From sequence record PQ493298: a stretch of 64,000 nt of DNA, one strand, 5' to 3'. Positions 19,233 to 28,985 of this stretch are shown piece after piece (within the stretch, counting starts at the first letter, position 1; each line of letters begins with the position of its first letter). A model generated the notes under the pieces. That model saw nothing but the letters and a program-made list of their open reading frames with translations, had not been told where the DNA came from and did no database searches. The position numbers were made by a program, and so were the translations under genes. This stretch comes from Escherichia phage EPIMAM01.

Positions 19233-21329
19233 TTATCCTTGAACGAACTTGTAAGGCATGTTTGTAATATCTATGCAAGACGCAATAATTCCAAGAGATG
19301 ATTCGACTTTCTGTTTAACATTTGATGAAACAAATGATGCAAAATCAACTCTGTCTTCTATTTCAATATCACCTGTCATTGCAACTACTTCACCAGTTTC
19401 CATTAGACGGTCACCGTCATAAATTACTGATTCGGTGAGTTCTTCCGTAGTCATAACTTCAGCTTGAATGAGTTTTGTATTATTAGATGTTGTTCCGTCA
19501 TTATTAGAAGCATCAGTTATTTTATTAACTTTGACCATCAATCCGCGTGGTAGAATAACTTCAGCTTCTGTTGCTATTCCGAGACTTCCTGGATATACAA
19601 CATTAACTTTATGAGCTCCATCAATTGCCCATCCTATTTGAACTTTAACGTATTCAGGATTTTCTTTATACGCTCTTATTTCATTTGGATTAATAGTTAT
19701 TCCTTCTTCATTTTTATCAACTGTCAATTCATTACGAGCTTCTGGTTCTAAAAGACCAATACCAGCATGTGTAATTCCAAAACGTCCAAAAATGATAGGA
19801 GTTAAAGAAGTAGATACAAAATTTCTGAAATAGAACACTTTATTTTTAACTAGTGCTTCGTATATAGGAGCAGTCATGCTTTGAGCACGATAAACTGTAA
19901 TGCCTTCTGGTATACGGTCACCATTTTCAAAAGCTGAATCTAAGTTATTTATAGCAGATTCAATTTCTTTTTCACTCATTACATCATATCGTTCTGGATT
20001 GTAGCGTCCTAAAAGAAGATTATTGATGTCAGTATATCCTGAACCACAATACTCTCTAATGCCGCGCTTTTGTGATGGAGTATATTTAGAACCATCACGG
20101 GCAATAGTAATATCAATCATTGGACCTGCACCAATTCCAGAAAAACTATAAATCATTCTTTTGAGGAATTTAGTTTTTGCTGCGTTCCAGGAAGTTTTAG
20201 TTATTTCTTCCCAGACTTCATCTGGCTGTCCTTTACGTGTTTTATTATGTTTATCAAGCCAATTATCTTTATATTCTTCAAAGAGTTGATTAACGGCTGC
20301 TGCGTATTTCTCTAAACATTTTATTGAAGTAGTTGGTTCATTTTTAATCGCATTAAGAATTACATCTTTAATCTTTTCAGAAACTTCATCAACCTCACTT
20401 TTTGAAAAGAATTTATAATCATAATGAAGTTCATTTGCGGTTCCTTCGGCAATAATTTTTGCTGCCTTGGTTTTAGAAGCTAATGAATTAATTCCAAGTT
20501 TCATTTCTTCCGCTTCGGGAATTAAAGGAGCGGTAGCAGGTTTATTGAAATTAGCTGCGGTAGATTCATACTTCTGGAATAATTCACTTTCAAATCTAGA
20601 AGATTCCAATGACTGACTTTGCGCAATTGCTCTACGGGAAATTTTAACTTTAACGATTACGGCTTGATCAGAACGTTTATCGTTTTCTTGCGCAATAGAT
20701 GCTGCAATTGCCTCATTTTTAGTTACTTGAGCTCCAGTATCTTTATTGATATAAACATCACCGACCTTCGATTCAACTTTAGTAAAGAGCTCGGTACTAA
20801 TTTCCGGAACTCCTGGAATGTCTTCTAGCGATACATTTTTGCGATGTATAAGAATATATGCGTACTTTTTATCGTAATCCCAGAGTTCCTTAAGAAGGAC
20901 GTATCTGCCACCTGAACGACTGCGGATAAGTCTATCAGCAATAAGTTGAATTTGTCGAGCTTGACCAGCAGTTTTAGACTTAAGAATACGGAGCATACAG
21001 GCATCAATTTTATACTGACGCATCGTTTGCATTGCAACTGTAAAAACTGAATTGATATAATTAATTGGGCTTGGACCGAGACCTTTTAATTTAGCAATTG
21101 AACCTTTAGCAGTTAATGTAAAAGGAACAATATGCATCATTTTATCGCCCATCTTTAAATCGCGATTAGTATCACCTCCAGATGTGTAGGTACATAAACG
21201 AAAGCCTGGTTGTTCAATTGCGTCATCAACATGAACTGAAAAAATTTGCGGTATTTTCTTCTTTGGATTTAAGTTTGTAATCGGAAGAGTAGTATCTTCG
21301 TCAAATAATTCTGTAATGAGTTCCATCAT
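19233..21329 (-). CDS. alt: Alt ADP-ribosyltransferase (capsid-packaged)
   Basis: 698 aa; adjacent to gene 30 as in T4; R-STS-ExE motif (YRAQ, FVSTS, TEAEVILPRG). Confidence 0.85.
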   Translation of the reverse strand: MMELITELFDEDTTLPITNLNPKKKIPQIFSVHVDDAIEQPGFRLCTYTSGGDTNRDLKMGDKMMHIVPFTLTAKGSIAKLKGLGPSPINYINSVFTVAMQTMRQYKIDACMLRILKSKTAGQARQIQLIADRLIRSRSGGRYVLLKELWDYDKKYAYILIHRKNVSLEDIPGVPEISTELFTKVESKVGDVYINKDTGAQVTKNEAIAASIAQENDKRSDQAVIVKVKISRRAIAQSQSLESSRFESELFQKYESTAANFNKPATAPLIPEAEEMKLGINSLASKTKAAKIIAEGTANELHYDYKFFSKSEVDEVSEKIKDVILNAIKNEPTTSIKCLEKYAAAVNQLFEEYKDNWLDKHNKTRKGQPDEVWEEITKTSWNAAKTKFLKRMIYSFSGIGAGPMIDITIARDGSKYTPSQKRGIREYCGSGYTDINNLLLGRYNPERYDVMSEKEIESAINNLDSAFENGDRIPEGITVYRAQSMTAPIYEALVKNKVFYFRNFVSTSLTPIIFGRFGITHAGIGLLEPEARNELTVDKNEEGITINPNEIRAYKENPEYVKVQIGWAIDGAHKVNVVYPGSLGIATEAEVILPRGLMVKVNKITDASNNDGTTSNNTKLIQAEVMTTEELTESVIYDGDRLMETGEVVAMTGDIEIEDRVDFASFVSSNVKQKVESSLGIIASCIDITNMPYKFVQG

Positions 21330-21362
21330 ATCCTCTCTAGTGTTTATTCTATTTATAAAATT

Positions 21363-21380
21363 AAAGGCCCGAAGGCCTTT
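21363..21380 (-). terminator. terminator-like hairpin between 62-aa ORF and alt
   Basis: AAAGGCC-CGAA-GGCCTTT palindromic stem-loop. Confidence 0.5.
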
Positions 21381-21567
21381 AATAATCTATTGGTAAGAGA
21401 GTACGATATATTTCAAACTTTGGACCTTTTTCATAGGTATCAAATGTTTCTGTGAATTTATTATAAGCATATGCATCTATAAATTCAATCATAATTTGTG
21501 ATACAGAAGTAGAAACATCTCCACCTTCTTTTTGAGCCACGACAATTGTTTCTAAGTAAGCTTTCAT
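21379..21567 (-). CDS. hypothetical protein
   Basis: 62 aa ORF coupled to 3' end of gene 30. Confidence 0.4.
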   Translation of the reverse strand: MKAYLETIVVAQKEGGDVSTSVSQIMIEFIDAYAYNKFTETFDTYEKGPKFEIYRTLLPIDY

Positions 21568-23024
21568 AGACCAGTTACCTCATGAAAATCACCAAATACA
21601 TCCTCGAATGTATTAGCTTTAGTTTTATCTTCACGTAAACGAATCGCAATCGGAAGAAATAATTTAACGTAATCAGTGCGGCCATCAGATTTTAACCAAC
21701 CATTGCATTCGCACTCTAGAATTTTTCCAATATAATAATTTTGGTTTTCCATAATGCGAGTACGGTCAAGTTCATGCGATTTTACACCGGCTTTATCTTT
21801 TAAGCCTGAACCAGCATTTACTTTAATTTTTCCACACTCTGATTCAAGAATAAATCCACCTGCTTTAGTAGGGTCTTTACGGTGAGGATAAATTCCTACA
21901 ATTTTTAAATCAACATCAATTACTTCTTTAAATTTATATAGATTTTTTGAACGAGAATTTTCCCATAATCCATCAATATTTTTGAGAATAATACCTTCAA
22001 GACCTTGGTCAATATACTTTTTATAAATTACCTTAGCTTCATCTAGGTTATTTACTATCTGGTTTTCAATTAAAATTACTTTATCATATCCTAATGTCAT
22101 TTGTTCTAGTTTAGAAAAACGTACATCATATTTTAAACGAAACGCCGGAAGACCGTATATTTCTACCAACGGAACATAATCCCAGACCTGAAACTTCATG
22201 CATTTGGCTTCTTTTTCTGAAATAGTTCCCTTTAAAGATTTATTGGCGATTCCATTAGAAGCAGTACGCGATTCAGCTACTTCGGAAAACTCTTTAGCTT
22301 TACTGATTTCAGGAGCATCAAAAAGAAAATCTAGGCCTTCTGGCTCCTTTTCAACTTGCTCATGGTATACCAATTCGCCATCAATTAACACGCCTTCTGG
22401 ATGAATCTGGCGAGCTTCAGCAGTCATTTTGATTAACTCTTCCTTAAGAAGATCTAATCCTAGATATTCATTACCAGCTCGTGATAAAAGACGAACATCA
22501 TCTAATTCATCGCCTCGGACTTCAGCAAAACACCGAGCTCCATCTGCTTTTAACTGTGCAAAAGCTGGAAATTTGATATTCTTACTAATGCCTTTTTCAT
22601 CATAAGAACTTGCCAGCATTTGAGGTTGTTCAGGAATTAAACCTGGCCAAACTTTATTTGCGATAGATACTGAAGCACCGCATTCAAGATCTCGCATCAT
22701 AACTCGACGCAAAACTTCAACATCATCCTTTTTACCATCAGTGATATATCCAGTTAATTCCTCAATTGCAGCATTTCCAGTCAATTTCCGAGTAGCTAAC
22801 GTGAATTCAATGAAGTCAAGCATATCGGTAATAGTCAGCATTCCAAAACTCTGGGTAGCAATACCAGGTTTAGGCCATTTCTTGATATAATACTGTAACC
22901 CACGAGAATAAGTCAGACGATATACTCGTTTAAGCAATTCATTATCTTTATTCTTTTCAAGAATTGCTTGCTTCTGCTTAGTTGATCCAATAGATGCTAT
23001 TTCATTCAGAATTTTAAGAATCAT
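21564..23024 (-). CDS. 30: ATP-dependent DNA ligase gp30
   Basis: 486 aa; N-terminus MILKILNEIASIGSTKQKQAILEKNKDNELLKRVY; adenylation motif around KADGAR; T4 ligase is 487 aa. Confidence 0.95.
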   Translation of the reverse strand: MILKILNEIASIGSTKQKQAILEKNKDNELLKRVYRLTYSRGLQYYIKKWPKPGIATQSFGMLTITDMLDFIEFTLATRKLTGNAAIEELTGYITDGKKDDVEVLRRVMMRDLECGASVSIANKVWPGLIPEQPQMLASSYDEKGISKNIKFPAFAQLKADGARCFAEVRGDELDDVRLLSRAGNEYLGLDLLKEELIKMTAEARQIHPEGVLIDGELVYHEQVEKEPEGLDFLFDAPEISKAKEFSEVAESRTASNGIANKSLKGTISEKEAKCMKFQVWDYVPLVEIYGLPAFRLKYDVRFSKLEQMTLGYDKVILIENQIVNNLDEAKVIYKKYIDQGLEGIILKNIDGLWENSRSKNLYKFKEVIDVDLKIVGIYPHRKDPTKAGGFILESECGKIKVNAGSGLKDKAGVKSHELDRTRIMENQNYYIGKILECECNGWLKSDGRTDYVKLFLPIAIRLREDKTKANTFEDVFGDFHEVTGL

Positions 23025-23290
23025 TGTTCATCCTTCAGAGTTTGATTTACAGCTCTATTATAAATCAATTCATCATTAAGCTCAGTTAAAGACCTATGAT
23101 ATGTAGTTCTAACTTTATTTCCTTGCATCCAGTGCTTGACGTAAATGAAACCTTGCTCTACACATTTTTTAAAAATTCGTTCATCTTTTTGAGCTCGGAA
23201 TTCTGGATTGCATCTAAAAAATTGATTTACGTGACCGTAATCACGTGTAGTATTACCTTCATTTTCATAAATAGTGTGAACGACAAACAT
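23021..23290 (-). CDS. hypothetical protein (T4 30.1 position)
   Basis: 89 aa ORF, ATGA-coupled. Confidence 0.5.
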   Translation of the reverse strand: MFVVHTIYENEGNTTRDYGHVNQFFRCNPEFRAQKDERIFKKCVEQGFIYVKHWMQGNKVRTTYHRSLTELNDELIYNRAVNQTLKDEQ

Positions 23291-24153
23291 TAGAATGCTC
23301 CTTGGAAAATATTATCACCACTAGTAAATCTATTAAAATACCCTGCATCACCAGGCTTAGTATAACTCCACGTATGGAATGGATTCATATGATACGGGTG
23401 TGTATAATATGGATTATATGGATGTGTATAATATGGATTATACGGATTAAATCCAGGAGTTCTCCAGGTAGTGTTCCAAGGAAAAGAATCGTTTTTAACC
23501 ATCTTCTCAATTAAATCTTTTATAGCTTTTTCACTATCAAAACTTTCTTTATTTTCCTTCGGCGAAAAAAGCTTATTTTCTACATCATTCCATGTATAAA
23601 CTCGCTGGGCAGTTTTTGGAATATTGTCACGCTCTCCTCGAGCCATCCAATAAACTGGAACATTTAATATTTCACTCGCATGATCGCAGTGGTGAGCGAG
23701 ATCGTCAATATAACAAATTACGTTATATTTCTCTTTTGCCTTTTTGAATAACTCTTCTTTTGAAGAATCATGACCACACATCATTACTTCTGAGAAGGCA
23801 CCAGGAAAAAGAGCATTCAAATTAAATTGACGATTCAACAGAGCGTCAATAGAATCACCCAATGCTGTGACAGCTACAAAATTATAATCTTCTTTTAATT
23901 TGTTAATTACACACAGGGCATCTTTATATGGAGACAAGTAACGAATAAAATCTGATCGATTGTATTTTTCAATTAGCTTGACACCAAGTTCTTCATCACA
24001 ATTAAAGAGTTTACCTGGAGAAATAAATTTCTCATCTTGGATCATTTTTAAAATATGTTCTAACGGAAGATTATATTTCTGAGCAAAATAAGGAAGACCT
24101 GATTGCCAGCTTAAACATACTCCATCAATATCAGTTAAAATAGTAGGCTTCAT
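23290..24153 (-). CDS. HAD-like hydrolase with C-terminal NPY/YTHPY repeats (T4 30.2 position)
   Basis: 287 aa; N-terminal DIDGV motif typical of HAD phosphatases; C-terminal tandem NPYNPYYTHPYNPYYTHPY. Confidence 0.55.
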   Translation of the reverse strand: MKPTILTDIDGVCLSWQSGLPYFAQKYNLPLEHILKMIQDEKFISPGKLFNCDEELGVKLIEKYNRSDFIRYLSPYKDALCVINKLKEDYNFVAVTALGDSIDALLNRQFNLNALFPGAFSEVMMCGHDSSKEELFKKAKEKYNVICYIDDLAHHCDHASEILNVPVYWMARGERDNIPKTAQRVYTWNDVENKLFSPKENKESFDSEKAIKDLIEKMVKNDSFPWNTTWRTPGFNPYNPYYTHPYNPYYTHPYHMNPFHTWSYTKPGDAGYFNRFTSGDNIFQGAF

Positions 24154-24614
24154 AGAGAGTCTCTTAATAGGTTTAACACATCAATAAATTCAGCTTCAGT
24201 TAGTATTGTATCATCTTTTGTTAGACCACTAGCCATGCTGTGCTTCAAAACTTTTCCTTTCGAGGCTTGTAATGCATCACGAAAGCCCCTGTTTTGGATC
24301 GCTGCTTCAAAATATGCATTTGTGTATAATTCTTTCCACGCTGAGGAGTATCTTGAAAACGGAACTCCAAGCCAGAAGAGGGTCCCACGGTCCTGAGCTC
24401 TAGCATAAGCTCGTCCAGCTTGTTGGGCGGCAAGCCCGGATAACCCAAATATACGACGTTGCTGTTCAACATTTTTCACCTTACACCCTTGGAGGAATCC
24501 TTCGAGACCTCCAAATTGAATGCCATCCATAACGAAAGGCCATTGGGCGAAATTACTTAATGCACATGATGGCCATTTAAAATTGCTTCTTATCTCTAGC
24601 TCAGACATTTTCAA
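24150..24614 (-). CDS. NADAR/YbiA-like domain protein (T4 30.3 position)
   Basis: 154 aa; SNFAQWP...DG...F pattern resembles the YbiA/NADAR signature; inference from motif only. Confidence 0.5.
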   Translation of the reverse strand: MKMSELEIRSNFKWPSCALSNFAQWPFVMDGIQFGGLEGFLQGCKVKNVEQQRRIFGLSGLAAQQAGRAYARAQDRGTLFWLGVPFSRYSSAWKELYTNAYFEAAIQNRGFRDALQASKGKVLKHSMASGLTKDDTILTEAEFIDVLNLLRDSL

Positions 24615-24807
24615 TACTTATAATTTCAACATCAGCCCAATGACCATAGCAAGGAAGACGAAATTCAACTGGCCAGTTAGGGTCCTTTTCTAATATAATA
24701 GACTGAACTTGTGGCTCTTCATATTCATCGGTATACGGACCTTTATACGTTACTTTATATGTGACCTTAATGTACTTAATTCCAAAAATCTTATTAATTA
24801 TATTCAT
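24601..24807 (-). CDS. hypothetical protein
   Basis: 68 aa ORF in the 30.x cluster. Confidence 0.4.
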   Translation of the reverse strand: MNIINKIFGIKYIKVTYKVTYKGPYTDEYEEPQVQSIILEKDPNWPVEFRLPCYGHWADVEIISIENV

Positions 24808-25001
24808 ACTAATTCCTTTAATCCGTAAATAGGAGATAATTCATCACCCATACGAAGGTCTTCATTTCCATCTACCCAGGAAACAATATAAGCCTCTTTT
24901 ATTTGAATACCACTCCATTTAAATGGAGGTAGAACCTTAGAAATTAATCCAGGTATACCAACTCCCTTTAATTCAACAGTTTGACCTAAAAAGAATTTCA
25001 T
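24804..25001 (-). CDS. hypothetical protein
   Basis: 65 aa ORF, coupled. Confidence 0.4.
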   Translation of the reverse strand: MKFFLGQTVELKGVGIPGLISKVLPPFKWSGIQIKEAYIVSWVDGNEDLRMGDELSPIYGLKELV

Positions 25002-25288
25002 TAGAACCTCATCTGAAAGCCATGCGATTTAACATTACCGCCGCCAATATCAGAAATATTAATTTCACGCGCAATTGAAGGGTCAATGTCAATTTCACGA
25101 TTGAGTTTAGTGATAGCTAAAGTATCGCGCCCATTTACAGTACGGAACTCTAAAGGACATACTACATTAACGTAGTTTTTAATCGATTCACTGGTAGGTT
25201 GCAAATGAGCAGGAAGGTCTTTAGGTGCCTTTGAGAAAACCACTTCACAGAAATTTTTGCGGGTATCAAAATAAGTAGTCATAAACAT
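25001..25288 (-). CDS. hypothetical protein
   Basis: 95 aa ORF. Confidence 0.45.
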   Translation of the reverse strand: MFMTTYFDTRKNFCEVVFSKAPKDLPAHLQPTSESIKNYVNVVCPLEFRTVNGRDTLAITKLNREIDIDPSIAREINISDIGGGNVKSHGFQMRF

Positions 25289-25305
25289 AGTATTTTCCTC
25301 AGTAA

Positions 25306-25319
25306 GGGGCCGAAGCCCC
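25306..25319 (-). terminator. terminator-like hairpin
   Basis: GGGGC-CGAA-GCCCC between 121-aa ORF stop and 95-aa ORF start. Confidence 0.45.
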
Positions 25320-25329
25320 TCATTTTATT

Positions 25330-25695
25330 TTAAATATCAAATTCGTTAAGAACTACATCAAAGATTGCTTCAAGATGCTCAGGTTTAGCTCTGTTACTCA
25401 GAATATGACGAATCCAAGTTTTAACCAGAAGCTTGCGATTAACGCCATTCCAGCAAGGATGAGTCCCTAAATCGCGTTGACGAAAATCATCATCCAAAGC
25501 GATTTTGAAGTTGGAACCTTCCATTGTGATTGAAACCGTGATGCCATTTTCAAATCGCATATAAACGTAGTTAGGAGTCATATACTGTTCAATTTCGCAT
25601 ACTGATCCATTTTGATGTTTCCAAAGGCAAATAGTATCAATAGAACCTGCAATACCATTAGAAACATATTTACGTTCAAAGTTGATGTAGTTCAT
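25330..25695 (-). CDS. hypothetical protein
   Basis: 121 aa ORF in 30.x cluster. Confidence 0.5.
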   Translation of the reverse strand: MNYINFERKYVSNGIAGSIDTICLWKHQNGSVCEIEQYMTPNYVYMRFENGITVSITMEGSNFKIALDDDFRQRDLGTHPCWNGVNRKLLVKTWIRHILSNRAKPEHLEAIFDVVLNEFDI

Positions 25696-25763
25696 TTTTA
25701 TTCTCCGAGATGTTTAATTGCGGTACAGGTATATAATATCATATCCTGTACCAAAGTAAACAA

Positions 25764-26096
25764 TTATTTTACTACTTTCCAGTGCTGCATGTCAAGTTTA
25801 CCAACTTTTTTCATCTTCTCAATTAAGCGTTCGGCGCGTTGGCGAGCTGTAACATAATACCATTCACCCAATTCATTTTGTTCAATTTTTCCAACGATTA
25901 CTGTGTTCAATTCATAAATCCAACCAGTAAAGAAATTATGAACTTGAATTGTAAAGGTGAAATCTGTTCCCATACCTTCTGTTGTTTCTACTTCAATAAT
26001 ATTACCTTCAACTGCCATTAAGAACCACATAGTTTCATCATATTTACCATTGAAGCATTTAGTTTTAACTGTAGCGTTCAGATTAATCGTTTTCAT
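25764..26096 (-). CDS. hypothetical protein
   Basis: 110 aa ORF preceded by SD GGAG and early promoter. Confidence 0.5.
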   Translation of the reverse strand: MKTINLNATVKTKCFNGKYDETMWFLMAVEGNIIEVETTEGMGTDFTFTIQVHNFFTGWIYELNTVIVGKIEQNELGEWYYVTARQRAERLIEKMKKVGKLDMQHWKVVK

Positions 26097-26119
26097 TTTA
26101 TTCTCCTTTGTTTGTGTAA

Positions 26120-26153
26120 GATAATACTATCACAAAGGAACCATACTGTAAAC
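26120..26153 (-). promoter_or_regulatory. T4 early-type promoter
   Basis: minus-strand GTTTAC at 26153-26148 with downstream TATTAT-like -10, upstream of 110-aa ORF. Confidence 0.45.
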
Positions 26154-26183
26154 AACTTTGTGCAATCTTTGGAAAATAAAAAA

Positions 26184-26201
26184 GGACTCCCGAAGGAGTC
26201 C
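26184..26201 (-). terminator. terminator hairpin
   Basis: GGACTCC-CGAA-GGAGTCC flanked by A/T runs, 3' of 72-aa ORF. Confidence 0.55.
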
Positions 26202-26206
26202 TCAAC

Positions 26207-26425
26207 TTATGCTTTCTGCTTACCAAAACGAGAAGCATCATCTCGAAGAACCGCACGTGCTCGGCGCATGATCTTCTCAACAGTTTGATTGATACGAGAG
26301 TTCGACCCACGCTTGTAACCAGCGCGTTTAGAATCACCAACTTTCTTTTCAACTGCTTTCTTTGCTTTAGCTTGTTTTGCCATTATAAATTCTCTTTTAA
26401 ATGAAAATGCAGGACTTATTGGCAT
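26207..26425 (-). CDS. small basic protein (T4 30.9 position)
   Basis: 72 aa, Lys/Arg-rich. Confidence 0.5.
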   Translation of the reverse strand: MPISPAFSFKREFIMAKQAKAKKAVEKKVGDSKRAGYKRGSNSRINQTVEKIMRRARAVLRDDASRFGKQKA

Positions 26426-26502
26426 TGCCTGCGAAAGCCCTCAAGGGGTACTTAGGTTTTGAATATTTACCGACAGGATAACCATAAACCTCGTCAACAT
26501 AA

Positions 26503-26751
26503 TTACTTCAGTGTTACCACAAAGTGACGAACTGCTTTTCGTGCGGCAGAAGCCAGAGGCTTAGCATATTTAAGTTCATCTTTTTCCTGAAGCTCAGCAG
26601 CTAATGCAGTTTGAGCAGGATTCAGATGTTTGAAATAACGCAGGATTTCAAGAGCTTCGGCTTCAACATCAATAGATGCGCCATAGTTTTCGTGACCATT
26701 ATTCCATGCGTTTCGTTGCAGTTCAAGAGCGTGTTGTAATTGTTTAATCAT
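26503..26751 (-). CDS. rIII: rIII lysis-inhibition accessory protein (antiholin cofactor)
   Basis: 82 aa, equal to T4 rIII; located between 30.x cluster and gene 31. Confidence 0.88.
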   Translation of the reverse strand: MIKQLQHALELQRNAWNNGHENYGASIDVEAEALEILRYFKHLNPAQTALAAELQEKDELKYAKPLASAARKAVRHFVVTLK

Positions 26752-26898
26752 TTAAAAATTCTCGTTAGAGATTAAAACTCGGTAGTCACGTTCTTCTGAA
26801 TTTCATCTTCTTTCGACAGATCTCTCAGTTGTAGACTACCACATAGAATTGTTCGGTTAACTTATTATTCCGACACCCAATTCATATTATTATTTATA

Positions 26899-27234
26899 TC
26901 ACTTATAAAGACACGGAATAGCTTTATAGTGACAGGTAACGAATTTTTGTTTAATTTCTTTTGGCTGCTTAAGACCCAGAGCTACAAAAGGATGCGGAAC
27001 GTTTCGAATTTGACCAACTGGAAGAGAAGTCAAATCACCAACTTCACAGAAACCTTCAGGAACATCAGGACCAACAGAGTGAACTACACACAGTTCAGGA
27101 ACTTCACCTTGAACACGTTTACCGATAATAAGTCCTGATTCTGTAACTTCTTCATCACCGGCTTGTGCAGGTTCAGAAACTAAAATAACATATTCACCGA
27201 CAGCACGAATTGGTAGCTGTTGTACTTCAGACAT
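26899..27234 (-). CDS. 31: gp31 GroES-like co-chaperonin for capsid folding
   Basis: 111 aa, T4 gp31 length; GroES-like mobile loop region. Confidence 0.92.
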
Positions 27235-27290
27235 CGTTTTTCCTTTTTGTTAACAGATGAATTAATAATAACAAATAATTCTTAAAGCAT

Positions 27291-27599
27291 TTATTTACCA
27301 ATAAATTGAAGCAAATGCTCAGCTTTCATACCATTAACGGAAATCAATTTGTCAATAGAAAAACCTCGCCATGCACCAAGCTCAACATCAAATACTGGAA
27401 TCATATCAGTAGATTCTTTCCGAGCAGATTCAGTCAATTTACCAGTTTGCATGGTTGGCATAAAGTCCGCATCACGAGTGCATTTCATAGTACGAATAGT
27501 ACCATCAGACTTTTCAAAAACTACGTTTGAAACCCCCATGGACAATTTAGTTTTCAAAATTTCACGAATTGCTACTTTCTGTTCAGTTGTCAGTTTCAC
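27291..27599 (-). CDS. hypothetical protein (T4 31.1 position)
   Basis: 102 aa ORF. Confidence 0.5.
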   Translation of the reverse strand: MKLTTEQKVAIREILKTKLSMGVSNVVFEKSDGTIRTMKCTRDADFMPTMQTGKLTESARKESTDMIPVFDVELGAWRGFSIDKLISVNGMKAEHLLQFIGK

Positions 27600-27836
27600 T
27601 TATTTACCTATTACAGTTTTAATATGGGTTGTTCCACGTTCTTTAAGAGTGGAAAGCAATTTTTGGCATTTTTCTAAATCAGATTTCCAACTATACGGCC
27701 TATCAATACTAGTCCAATCAGTTTTATAATACTGTTTCCATTTAGAGAAAAAATATTTCTTATACTCTACAGCAAATGAAATGTTCTCGTTGGAATAAGA
27801 ACTAATTGCTGTGAGCTGTACCAAACGAAATTTCAT
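27600..27836 (-). CDS. hypothetical protein (T4 31.2 position)
   Basis: 78 aa ORF. Confidence 0.5.
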   Translation of the reverse strand: MKFRLVQLTAISSYSNENISFAVEYKKYFFSKWKQYYKTDWTSIDRPYSWKSDLEKCQKLLSTLKERGTTHIKTVIGK

Positions 27837-28417
27837 TATTCACCACAGAATTCGTTGATATTTTCCCAGTTTAACTTATTCAAGTTTTTCTTAGGAACAT
27901 TAAACACTTCAATACCTGCATTTCGCAGAATATCATCCCAGCCAGGTTTATTTTTATCGTATGTTTCGCAATAAACCAGCTTTTTAATACCAGATTGAGC
28001 TATCGCTTTTGCGCAATCTGGGCAAGGAGAAAGTGTTACATACATAGTAGCACCTTCAATTGAAGAACCGTTTCGTGCAGCAAACAAAATCGCATTTAGT
28101 TCAGCATGAATTTCATTTTTAGACGACCATTCAGAGTGCGCGCTACGGTGTTCTTTCGCCAAGACAAAACGATCAGTTGAACCAAATGATACACATTCAG
28201 GCTTATGACCTTGAATGATAGTATGTTTAGGCTTATTCAACAACCAACCTTGCTCAGCAGCATAATCACAACAGTTCACACCCCCGGCAGGTGAACCATT
28301 ATATCCGGTAGAAATAATACGTCCATTCTTTTCAATTACTGCTCCTACCTTCCAGGAGCAACATTTTGATTCTTGCGATACTAAATATGCAATTTGAAGT
28401 ACTGTACTCGCTTTCAT
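27836..28417 (-). CDS. cd: dCMP deaminase
   Basis: 193 aa; zinc-binding HAELNA and PCPDC motifs of cytidine/dCMP deaminases; T4 Cd is 193 aa. Confidence 0.93.
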   Translation of the reverse strand: MKASTVLQIAYLVSQESKCCSWKVGAVIEKNGRIISTGYNGSPAGGVNCCDYAAEQGWLLNKPKHTIIQGHKPECVSFGSTDRFVLAKEHRSAHSEWSSKNEIHAELNAILFAARNGSSIEGATMYVTLSPCPDCAKAIAQSGIKKLVYCETYDKNKPGWDDILRNAGIEVFNVPKKNLNKLNWENINEFCGE

Positions 28418-28752
28418 TTCATAATCACCAGATAAGCAGATTTAGCAGTTTCAACACGATAAATTTCGTGACGAAGTTTAGTTATACTTTTAATAACAGA
28501 ACTAATTATATTCTGCCCATCTTTAAAGCGGTTTTTCTTATCAATAAAAATTGCACCAGCCATCTTTTTGTGAAGCTCAACTGGATACTTCGTCACAATA
28601 ATAGCATCATACACAGAAGGATGAATACTGTTCACCAGAGTATCGTTCATTAAAGTTATTCTAATGAACTGTGCTGTTTCAGAATCAAGCGCTCTATGAT
28701 CGCCAGTATCATTTTCAAGACAATTATCAATTATATCAGTTAAATTCATCAT
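28414..28752 (-). CDS. hypothetical protein (cd.1)
   Basis: 112 aa ORF, ATGA-coupled. Confidence 0.45.
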   Translation of the reverse strand: MMNLTDIIDNCLENDTGDHRALDSETAQFIRITLMNDTLVNSIHPSVYDAIIVTKYPVELHKKMAGAIFIDKKNRFKDGQNIISSVIKSITKLRHEIYRVETAKSAYLVIMK

Positions 28753-28985
28753 AGTACGCCATACACCCTTTGTGCTTCAACTAATCCATCAAAATCCAGT
28801 TTAAGATGTGTTATTTGGTCACCATCACCTGGATTCACAATTACTAATACTGAACGAGGAGTTTCGGTAATAACGCGAACCGATGTTTCTGGAAATCGTT
28901 CAGAAACCTTATTTACCAATTCCTGAGCAAATAGTTTAACTTTTTCTTGGAATTCTTTGACAGTAATTGGTTTTTCACTTAGCAT
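28749..28985 (-). CDS. hypothetical protein (cd.2)
   Basis: 78 aa ORF. Confidence 0.45.
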   Translation of the reverse strand: MLSEKPITVKEFQEKVKLFAQELVNKVSERFPETSVRVITETPRSVLVIVNPGDGDQITHLKLDFDGLVEAQRVYGVL

